Positions 1-9,899 of a stretch of DNA of 64,000 nt are shown one piece after another. Each line of letters starts with the position of its first letter. Positions within the stretch are counted from its first letter, which is position 1. The position numbers and the translations under genes were made by a program. Under the pieces are notes generated by a model. The model searched no databases. It saw only the letters and a program-made list of their open reading frames with translations, and had not been told where the DNA came from. Origin of the DNA: Blastocladiella emersonii ATCC 22665 (taxonomy: Eukaryota; Fungi; Blastocladiomycota); contig JANHCV010000012.1 in assembly GCA_025594325.1 (NCBI GenBank), positions 558,001 through 622,000 on the forward strand, given 5' to 3'.

Positions 1-954
1 AGTTGTTGCCAACGGAAAGCGTAATGAGACCCACTGGAAACTGGAGTGCAAGCTGTACAATCGTGTCCGGGTGGAGGCAGCAGTTGTCAAGCTTTAGGTT
101 ACGCAAGCTCGAGGGGAAACACATGCGCTGGCCGAAGAACGAGCTGCTCAGGAACGCGTTGACCCAGCTGGGAGCGATCGAACCGTGCCCGACCCAGTTG
201 TGCGACAGGTCAAGTTCTGTAATGGTCGGTGGAAGCTGGAGGGCGCTAAGCACAGGGAACGTGATGTCGCAGTACAACAGACGAAGCGTGGTGACCGAAC
301 CGTTCTTGGTGATGGCATCGGCGAGAGCAGCGGCGCCCGTTTGGGTCACGCGAATTCGGTTGATTTCCACGCTCGAATCACGACTGCGAGCGATCTGCTC
401 AGCTCGCTTGCGAACAAGTTTGTCACCGATCGAGGCACTATCGAGGCGCATGAGTTGCTATCGGAATGATTCAAGCACACAGTCAGACCGGAAAGCCATA
501 TCACGTTGAGCGCACTCAGTAGTACCATCTTGCCGGCAGGCATCCCCGCCGGCCGCTCGACTTGGCCGTGAAAGTGGACGATTGCCTTGGGCGAGCTGTG
601 GCTGAAACCCACACTCGGAAGAGGAAGGCCCGAGCGGTCCCACCACTCGAAAGTATCATAATGTTCGGCATATTCGAGCGCAGACCCCGAATACTTTAGC
701 GGCAAACGCGAACGGAGCCACTCGTCGAGGACATTGAACCGTCCCTCGCTGCTGGCGCGATCCACGGAGAATTGCCAAGCATGACGCAAGACTGCGTGGT
801 GAACACGCGGCGCGACCGTCCGCGGCATGACGCGGAGGTACTGAAGCAACTCGGCGTGCTCCCAGCTGGTGTGGTGCAGCACAACCGCCTTGCAGAGAAT
901 GTCGTCGATAATCGAATAAGGTAAGGCAGGCAGCGATGATTCCATTTGCTTCAT
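1..954 (-). CDS. F-box-like/ankyrin-like + RNI-type LRR family protein, paralog 1 (3' end runs off window)
   Basis: Exon 1 is 954-526 (MKQMESSLPALPYSIIDDIL...DEWLRSRLPLKYS...EWWDRSGLPLP). Phase-0 GT-AG intron at 525-458. Exon 2 reads QLMRLDSASIGD...ELDLSHNWVG...LKLDNC and stays open to the window edge. Near-identical to paralog 2. Confidence 0.85.
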
Positions 955-1084
955 TGTTTGCGCCAAGTGGTAGGCAGCGGAGGAGCCGAGCCGTTGTTGA
1001 CGGGGGGAGGAGCGGAGGCGAGAGGCGCTGGCATCCAGGGAAGGCTGGGGCAAGGCGGAACGAAATTTGTTTCACCTCACATCA

Positions 1085-1108
1085 CGTGATTGTTCGGCGC
1101 GTCTCGCA
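1085..1108 (-). promoter_or_regulatory. Second recurrent upstream motif TGCGAGACGCG(C/T)CGAACAATCACG
   Basis: 23/24 identical to 61611-61634. About 130 bp upstream of the paralog 1 start. Confidence 0.5.
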
Positions 1109-1524
1109 TGCCAAGCGAGCGGCGAGCCGAGCGGCGTCTCCGTTTCTCGCCGTTGCGCAGGTGACACGCCCGTTAGCTAACAAATGCGCTTTAGCGATGG
1201 CCGATCTCTTATAGTTAAAAGCGCTCCAAACCTCCCGCGTTGATAAAAAATGCATTCTCTGGCGTTTTGCGAGAGCGAGCTGAAGGCGACCGCCAGTTGG
1301 GAGAGGGCGACCGTCGGGTGAGCGACTGGCGGTCGAATCATCGTGGTTCGTGAGCATCAGAATCGGCGATGAGCTGACCCCGCGCCAGGATGAGCGGCGC
1401 GTTGATTGCAAACGACCTAATTGCGAGACCCCTTTTCGCAGTTCCAGTTCAGAGCTGCTGTGTAACGCCGCTTGCAGCAAGACTGCGGATCCCAGTTCAG
1501 GGGGAACGAACTGTGTGGATGTAT

Positions 1525-2935
1525 TCAAAACAAAACGCGACGGGTACAAGAAGTTAACCCATACTCGTACTCATCGCCGTCGTAATCAGAGTCGGAGTAC
1601 TGATGGTCATCATTGCGATGGCCATGTTGACCCGAGGTTGCAGCCCTGGCGAGGCTTTCGGTTTTGAACTCATCTTCGAAGTCGTGGCCAAGCACGAAGC
1701 TCGGTGGAAGGAGCGAGCAGCACTTCTTTGCAAACCACCGCTGCTCGCCGTCACCGAACATTGCGTACAAGTCGATTCCCTTGAGGTTGGGCGGCAGGTT
1801 GCTGAACATGACGTCGATCGACGCCCGTGTGATGTAATTCTCGCTCAGGTCAATGTATTTGAGCTGCGGGGGAAGGTGTGCCATGACTGCGGTGATGCCC
1901 TCGTCGCCTAAACCGACACCCCTGAGATCAATATCCTCCAGGGCGGCGGGAAGGCGCTCCATGAGCTCTGCGGTTTTAGAGTCGTCGAGATCATTCCCGC
2001 CGAGGAAAAGAGTGGTGAGAGTCGCTGGAAGCTGGAGAGCAAGCTGCACAAGCATATCGTGGTGGAGCTTGCAGTTGTCCAGCTTGAGGGTGGTCAGACT
2101 TGACGGGAAGCACGTGCGTTTCCCAAGGAGCAAGCCGGAGGATACAGCGTTTACCGAAATGGGAGTAATGCCATGCCCAATCCAGTTATCCGACAGATCG
2201 AGCCAGGTAACGGTCGGCGGGAGTTCAAGCGCGCTCAGGACAGAATAAGTGATGTCGCAGCACTTTAGCGTGACTTTGGTTACTGACCAGGTTTTGACGA
2301 TGGCATCGGAGAGAACAGCAGCACCCGTTCGAGTGATACGGATTTGCTTGAGCTCGACGCTCGTCCCATGGCCGCGTGATATGGCTGCAGCGGCTTCGCG
2401 AACAAGCCCGTCGCCGATTGAGGCGCTATCAAGGCGCATGAGTTGCTAATGGTACGTCACAAAGTGTCAGTCAGCACAGGCGGCCATGTCGTGCGTCGTG
2501 TAGCAGTACCATTTCACCTGCGGAAAAGCCCGGGGTCCGTCCCACTTGGCCGTGAAAGTGCACAATCGCCTCGAGCGAGCTGGAGTGGGAGCCCAAACTG
2601 GGAAGAGGAAGGCCCGAGCGATCCCACCACTCATACGTGTCGTAATATTTGGCACAATCGAGTGCAGACCCCGAGTAGTTGAGCGGCAGACGCGAGCGGA
2701 GCCACTCGTCGAGGACCTTGGTTCGGCCCTCCCGGCTCGCACGATCCATGGCAAAATGGGACGCATAACGCAGGACTGCATGGTGGATACGTGGCGCGAC
2801 TGTCCGTGGCATGACGCGGAGGTACTGAAGCATCTGAAAGTGGTCACAACTGGCGTGGCGCACGACCGCCTTGCAGAGAATCTCGTCAATGATCAAATAA
2901 GGTAAGGCAGGCAGCGATGATTCCATTTGCTTCAT
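1525..2935 (-). CDS. F-box-like/ankyrin-like + RNI-type LRR protein, paralog 2
   Basis: Exons 2935-2510 and 2445-1525, with a phase-0 GTAC...TAG intron at 2509-2446. LRR units such as LTWLDLSDNWIG, LTTLFLGGNDLDD, LKYIDLSENYIT. Confidence 0.9.
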
Positions 2936-3272
2936 TGTTTGCGCCAAGTGGTAGGTAGCAGAGAAGCCGAACCGTTGCAATCGGGAGGAGGAGCGAACGC
3001 GAAGCGCGTCAGCGGCGGGGAACGCGTTCGGTCAACTCTGGCATTACGCCACTCACGCCACACTCACCTGATTGATCGACGCGTCCCTGCACCTCGAAGT
3101 TGTGCAGGAGACACGCGGGTTCGCGTACAAACGACGCACGATCTCGGCAGTTAATTGGATCCTCTCCGCCGCGCGCGAGAGCATGCTACAAGCACTTGAA
3201 ATCGTCCTCAAACTCCAGGTCGACACGAAGCCCCGGATGCGCCTTAGCAAGGAACGGGGTTACATCGGGCCG

Positions 3273-4674
3273 CTATTTTGTCTCCGGATCACGCGTGCCG
3301 GCAAGTTTGAGCCATGTGAGGCTCGGCGGAATGTGTTCAAAGAGAGCCTGTAGCGCCGCGCGGCTGAGTTCCGTGTTTCCCAAGCACAGTTTACAGAGAT
3401 TTGGCGGTACGCGCTTCGCAAGCGCGCTAATTCCATCACTCAAAACGTTTATCCGGCCGAGATATAACGACTTGAGGCTCGGAACAAAGCCTTTGGCCAA
3501 GGCTGCAAGGCCAGCATTTCCAAGGGGGTTCCATTGGATGTCGAGGTACTCGAGCCGCGCAGGAAAGTGGCGAGCGAGGTGTGCTGCACCCTGGGAAGAT
3601 ATGGCGTTTATGCTGAGATCAAGCGACACCAGTGTCTTGGGCAGAAAAGGTACAAGCATTTCCATGCCACGAGAGTCCAGCTTGCAGCGGCAAAGCGACA
3701 ATTTGGAGAGTTGTTGCGGAAGGCTTGGAGCGAGCACTTCAACGTACTTGCTAGCTTCGAGGTGGACGTAATTGAGATCAAGCTCAGAGAGCAAGGGTGG
3801 CGAAGCGCGAAACAGGACGTTGGCGTCCGAGGGCGTCCCAAGTATGTTGTCGTTAAGCGAGAGGACTTGAAGATTCGGCGGGAACGGCGAGGCATCATTA
3901 AGGTTTTCAGCTTCTTTCTGTAGCGCCCTCCCCGAGCCAGTTGCTCTTGAGTTCAAGCCTGGTCACCGAGTTGGGAATCCGAAGCAGGCGGAGTTTCGAG
4001 AACGTGAGGTCGCAGCACTGCATGTCAGGATACACTAGGTTGGCAGTTGGTTGGGCCATGGCGTCAGCAAGAGCGGACGCGCCAGCATCCGTCACGCGCA
4101 TCGCGGGACACTGAACGCACTGCATCGAGCCGTCGCGCACCTCGGGAATGACAAACGCAAGCTGTTCGTCACCTGGCGGATTGCCAAAGCGCTTGAGGTC
4201 CTACGCGTCGCCACACGCATGGTGAGCAGACCGTCTCGGATTAAGACCGGTCGCGCGAAAACGTACGGTTTCCTGGCCACGGTAGTACTCTTCATGACAA
4301 ATCCCGTTGAAGCGGACCTGAACCCTGCACTCGACCTCGCACAAGGGCAGCGGGAGCCCCGAGCGGCGCCACCACCCGAGCGTCTTGCACGAGCTTGCAG
4401 CGCCCCAGATCGCGCGCGCCGAGTACACTAACGGGAGCCTCGACCAACGCCACGCGTGAAGCACGCCGAGCTGACCCGCCGCGCGGGCAAAGTCAATCGA
4501 AAGAGAGAGCGCGCGCTGCAAGCTCGCGCGCAGAACTCGCGGCGCGCTTGCGCGGGGCAGGACGCGGCTATACTGTGCCATGGCCGGCACGTCTTTCGGG
4601 TCGGTGGCCCACACGGCGTAGCACAAGATGGGCTCGTGGAATATGTCCGGCATTGCAGGGAGTCGTTTCTTCAT
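3273..4674 (-). pseudogene. F-box-like/ankyrin-like + RNI-type LRR protein, paralog 3 (frameshifted)
   Basis: N-module MKKRLPAMPDIFHEPIL...WWRRSGLPLP, then an intron near 4266-4200. The reading frame changes near 3910-3930 (LKSNWLGEGATERS* versus EAENLNDASPFPPNLQVLSLNDN). Confidence 0.75.
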
Positions 4675-5216
4675 TGGCTGCAGGCTTCGAGGCGAGGGAG
4701 GTCGAGCGTTTCGTCAGCGCGCGGCAAGCGGCCAGCCGAGGGCCGACCTCACGTGTTTGATCGACGCGTCTCGCGTTCTCGAACCTCTCGAATGACTGCC
4801 GAGGAGCAAACGGTGTGCTTGATTATCGTTGCCCACGTACTACACCAAAATCTTTCCCGATTGCAGCGCGTCGGCACGTTCGTTCGGACCCTCGCCGCCG
4901 CGTGTCTTCCACCATCTTTTCCTCATCACACGTTTCGCTCGCTCGCTTGTCTGTACTTGCATAACCTGTGCCCTCTCGGTGCGAGAGACGGTTTTGTATT
5001 GAGCCACACATTCTGTGTAGTTAGATCGCACGTTCCTCTGGTGTTGGTAACGGTCCGCGCGTTCGTAAGGACAGCTGCGAGTTCTGCCGCGCTGCTCATC
5101 GCTCACACACGACCAGCTCCGTCGCTCATACACGGCCATCCCCATTGCGTAGCGCAACCAAAACCAATACATTTCGCAACACGCATCCATCCCTCCATCC
5201 ATCCTCCTCGCCCAAG

Positions 5217-6687
5217 CTAAACGAGCACCATGGCGACCTGGGTCGAATCGAACGGCTTGCACTTCCAGTTGTAGATGTAGTAGTGGAGGACGCCGTCGCC
5301 CTTGGCGAACTTGATATCCTGGAGGATGCCCTGGTTCTCCATGAGCCCGAGGCAGTTGAACACGTCGTGGTCCGCGTTCTTGGCGAGGACGAGGGCGTTG
5401 CGGAACAGGTCGACGAGGCGGGACTGGTTGCCCGCGGGGTCGGTTGGGTCGACCGGGTAGAAGTAGTACATGGTATAGGCGACCGTCAGCTGCGAGTGCT
5501 TTGGGTGGCCGAGCACCTTGGACGGGATCGAGTAGTACGAGAAGAAGGACTCGATGTCGCCCGCGTCGTTCTAATTGGGAGCGAGCGGGTTGGCGATCGC
5601 GGCGCAGGAATAGCTCCGAGAGAAAAGACGTACCTCGATGACGTACGACGAAATGACGCCGTCGCGCGGGAGCAGCCAGTGGGCGACCTCGTCCTCGGAC
5701 AGCCGCGGGCGGAGGTTGAAGTGGGCAAGGTACTTTTCGAGTCCCGCGGCGACGTGGGGCACGTCGTCGCGGGTCATGGGGCGGAGCTTGGGCGACCGCC
5801 ATTCGGGGAGGACCTCGAGGTGCTTGACGTAGTCGGCGAGGGACTTGTCGCGGGGCGGGTGCGAGAAGCCCGTGTCGAGGAGCTTCTGCGGGTTGAGGGA
5901 GCGGTGCCAGTAGCGGGGCGAGGCGACGGCGCCGGGGAGCTCGGCGCCCGCCGTGTAGATGGCCTGGAAGATGCCCTCGAGGTGGCACCGGCGCGTGATC
6001 TCCTTGATGAGGACGGGCGCCATGCGCTTGGACCGCAGCTTCTTGAGAACGCACAGGAAGTTGATCTCGACCATGTCGATGGGGCTATTTTCGGACGCGT
6101 TGGGGTTAGCGCAAGCGAGTTAACCGTAGCACGACGAAAACGCACTTGTCGTTGACGACGATCGTCGCGGGCACCCCGCTGATAAACGCGACGAGCCGGT
6201 TGGACGCCTCGACGCGGACGCCGAGATGCCACGCCTGCTTCCAGCCGGGCGGCATGAGCGCCCACTGGAGCATGTCGCGCGGGTACCCGAACCGGAACGT
6301 GGCGTCGGTATCCTCGACGTAGTTGTCGAGGAGCAGGCCGTGGACCTCGTCGAGCTGCGCCGCGTCGAGCACGTCGATCACGTCCCACTTGAACCCGGCG
6401 GGGAGGTGGTACGGCTCCTGGCGGACCTCGTCGCGCGGGACCGACGGGTGCAGCGGGCCGTCCTCGGCAACGCGGCGCTGCGCGGCGGGCGACTGGATCA
6501 CGGGCTGCGTCTTCCAGAACTTGTGCTCCTTGGGCGGCGCGGGGAGACCGCCGCCGCCGCCGTTCGCGGCCGCCTGCTCCATGAGGAGGCGCAGGAAGGC
6601 GAGCTGCGTGGCCGCGTCGTCGACGCCGCTACCGTCGCCGCCGCCGTTCGCGTGGCTGGGCGCGGGGTGCTTCTTCTTGGGCGGCAT
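5217..6687 (-). CDS. NMT1: Glycylpeptide N-myristoyltransferase
   Basis: HKFWKTQPV, LLLDNYVED...FRFGY, VEINFLCVLKKLRSKRMAPVLIKEITRR, YWHRSLNPQKL, KFAKGDGVLHYYIYNW. Two introns join the ORF segments. Confidence 0.97.
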
Positions 6688-6938
6688 GGTGGGTTGTCGA
6701 TGCGTAGCAGATCAGGTCAAGGAACAGGGGGAAGAGAGCGAACAGAGCGCGTCGGTCACTTGCGGGCGGCCGGGTGCGGGAACCGCCGCGTCGGCGCGGG
6801 CGCTGCCGAGGTGGCCTGGGCCGCGCACGTGACGCTCGGCAATCGCATTTGTTCTTCTTCGCTCCTGCGTTTGCTGCTGCGCTCTCCTCTCTCTCCCTTG
6901 TGCAACGAACGAAGCCCATGCAACTGTAAGCCGCCGAA

Positions 6939-8111
6939 ATGGTCGTCGTTCTCGGCATCGTCAGCCTCGGGCTCGGCGCCGAGCTCAACAAGGCGCTCAA
7001 CAGCCCGACGGCGTTGCTGACGCTGCGCGACCGCGTCGCCGGCGTGCTGCGCCGCTCGCGCAACGCGGCCAAGTTTGCCTTCTACGGCGGCGGGCTGCTC
7101 GGGTACGCTGCTGCCCGTGTGCTCCCCATCGGTGATGGCACGCACTGATGATACCTCCGCCCAATTAGCATCATGGCGGCAACCAACGTGATGCAGGTCG
7201 GCGCCGTCCTGCTCCGCCCCATCCATGCGCCAACGTCCTCGGCGATCCACACGGTCGGTCTGGGCACGGTGTGGGGGTACATCCAGTACATGCTGGAGCG
7301 GCACAACCGCGCGCCCATCACGTACTCGGGCGACGTGAAGCGGATCCCGTACCACAACGTCCCCGCCGGCCGCTCCGCGCCGAGCGCCTTCGTGATCGCC
7401 AACCACCTCTTCTTCTGCGACTTTGTCCTCGAGCACACGGTGGCGATCCGGCGCGGCGTGCTGGGCCACTGCCGGTACATGTCCAAGGACAGCCACAAGT
7501 GGTGGCCGCTGTTCGGGTGGATGATGGGGCTCGCGCGCTTCGTGTTCCTGAAGCGCAACTGGCACGCCGACCACGCCACCATCAAGGCGCGCCTCGCCGA
7601 GTGGGCGAGCGAGCACCAGCCGATCTGGCTCGTCGTGTACCCGGAGGGCACGCGCCAGACGCCCGCCAAGCTCGCGGCCGGGCAAGCGTTTGCGCGCGAC
7701 CAGGGTTTGCCCGTCCTCGACCACGTCCTCCTCCCGCGCACCCGCGGGTTCACGTACATTGTCGACCAGCTGCGCAACGCGCGCAACTCGCAGTTCGAGT
7801 ACGTGCTCGACTTCACCGTCGCCGCGTACCACGTGCCCACGGCGTCGTTCAACCGCGTGTTCCCGACGGGCTACGAGCTGTTCGGCGAGGACATGAGCCG
7901 GGACTGGAAGTTCCACGTCCACGTCGACATGCACCGCATCGCCGACCTGCCGCACGACGAGAACGCGCTCGCGGGCTGGCTCGTGGACCGGTGGGTCGAG
8001 AAGGACGCGCGGCTCGCGCGGTGGAAGGAGGCGTGGCCCGAGGCGGCGGCCGACACCGCGGTGGCCGAGGAGAGTGAGCGCGCGTACACGCTGCCGTGGC
8101 CGTGGGCGTAG
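6939..8111 (+). CDS. PlsC-family lysophospholipid/lysocardiolipin acyltransferase
   Basis: Motifs IANHLFFCDF (NHxxxxD), FLKRNW, VYPEGTR, VLLPRTRGF. One intron near 7103-7169. Confidence 0.9.
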
Positions 8112-8114
8112 TCG

Positions 8115-8134
8115 AGTAGTAGTAGTAGTAGTAG
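8115..8134. repeat. (AGT)n microsatellite
   Basis: agtagtagtagtagtagtag between two convergent genes. Confidence 0.7.
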
Positions 8135-8165
8135 ATTTATACATATCGTTTATACAAAAAGCTCA

Positions 8166-9224
8166 TCAGCTGGACGGCTCACCCGCCGTTGCCTCTGGAG
8201 CCGCATCACCCGGCTCCCCCTCCTCCTTCTGCTCCTGCTGCACGCGCCGCCGCTTGTTGTTGTTATACACGGTGCGGCGGTACGTGCGGATCTTGACCTC
8301 GGACGGCTCAGCCTCGTCGTCGGTCGACACGACATCCGGCGCACCGACTCCCAAATCCTCCCCCAGCACGGCCGCCAGGTACGCCGCGTGCCCCTTGACC
8401 CGCGCGTGCTCGGCGAGGAGGTGCTGGACGTACGCCGCGGCGCGGTGCAGGATCACGGACTCGGACCGCGGCAGGTCCGCGAGTCCGGGCACCAGACTCA
8501 CCAGCGTGTCGAAACCGTGGCGGATGTTCTGCCGCCGCTTCTGCTCGCTCGCAATGTGGTTGCGCTTCTTCACGTCCTCGGTCAGAAGTTGACGTGGGGC
8601 TGCGGTCGAGGACGAGGGGGTGGTGGTCGAGGAGGTCTTCTTCTTCTTGCGCGCGGGAGGTGCAGGCGCCGCGCTGCCAGAACTGCTCGCGCCGCTGCCC
8701 GGCTGGTCGGGATCGGCGGCAGCGGAGGTGGCGGCGGCCTTGGACTTGCGCGGCCGTTTGGGCGCGGGTGGCGCGGCATCGTCGTCGCCGGCGGCCGTGG
8801 ACTTCTTTGACCTGGCCGCCGGCGCGCGCTTCTTGGGCGCCGCCGCTGGTTTCGCCGCAGCCGGCTCCGATTCCGCAGGAGCGTCGATCCCGGCCTCCTC
8901 GGCGGACCGCTTGGCGGGCGCGAGCTGGACCGCGACCGCGTGCGCGTGCGTCGCGGGGACGAGCATCGGCGACGCCGCGTGCGCGTGGGGTTGCGCGTGT
9001 CCGTGGCCGTGTCCGTGCGGGTGCAGCGCCGAGAGAAACGACGGGTGGGCGAGCGCGGCGGCGTGGGCGGCGTGCTGGCGGAGCAGCTCCTCGTGCTGCT
9101 GCGGCGGCGGCGCCGGCGTCGTGGCGACCGTGTGCATCAGCGAGTGCAGCCGCCGCTGCTCCTCGGACGAGAGCAGGCCGCCGGGCGGCGGGTCCGTGTG
9201 TGAAGGCGGGTGTGGGTGGTTCAT
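8166..9224 (-). CDS. bHLH transcription factor, INO4/Mlx-like
   Basis: KKRNHIASEQKRRQNIRHGFDTLVSLVPGL...SESVILHRAAAYVQHL, with a His/Ala/Pro-rich N-terminus. Confidence 0.88.
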   Translation of the reverse strand: MNHPHPPSHTDPPPGGLLSSEEQRRLHSLMHTVATTPAPPPQQHEELLRQHAAHAAALAHPSFLSALHPHGHGHGHAQPHAHAASPMLVPATHAHAVAVQLAPAKRSAEEAGIDAPAESEPAAAKPAAAPKKRAPAARSKKSTAAGDDDAAPPAPKRPRKSKAAATSAAADPDQPGSGASSSGSAAPAPPARKKKKTSSTTTPSSSTAAPRQLLTEDVKKRNHIASEQKRRQNIRHGFDTLVSLVPGLADLPRSESVILHRAAAYVQHLLAEHARVKGHAAYLAAVLGEDLGVGAPDVVSTDDEAEPSEVKIRTYRRTVYNNNKRRRVQQEQKEEGEPGDAAPEATAGEPSS

Positions 9225-9899
9225 GGCGTCGTGTTGCGGTGGGTTACGGCGCGAATTCGGCGCGGTGGTGATGCATGGGATGAGGGGAAGGAGAATTCGC
9301 AGCAAGGGAGGAAGGGACCGCGTGCGCCGCCGCCGCCACACTTGCGAGCGGGTCGAATCCCTTGTCCCCCTCGCCGCGTTTGACAGCGCACAAAATAGAC
9401 GCGAATATGACGAGAATACATTCCCGCATCATTCGCCCTCGCCAAACCGTATCCTCGAACCCAAACGGGGTATGCGCGAGTCCACGCGATAGCGCACGTG
9501 TGCGCCACCGGCGGCCCGCAGAGCGGAGCGCGGCAGCGTTCATGAGCTTCGAGGCGCCCTTGTTCCAAGTTTCGCTTCCCCGCCCCCTCCCCATCTTCTC
9601 TCTCCCCCCGCCGCCACGAACCGCACTACTCGGTGCATCGCGCTCTCATCACCGAGCGCTGCTTCTCCACCGACCCGACCGACCGTGCTGTGCTGCGCAC
9701 CCCGCCACCGTCCGTCACCCCGGCTCCATCGCCGTCGTCGCCGCTCCGCCGCCCGCCTCGGCTGCTGCTGCCCATACCGTCATCGTCTCTCGGGCATCGT
9801 CTATCGCGGTCTGCGGGCGTCGCCATCGAACCGACCACCGAGCGCATCCATCAAGCGCCTCCCGCTCCTACCCGCACGCACTCTATCACCACCCCCACC

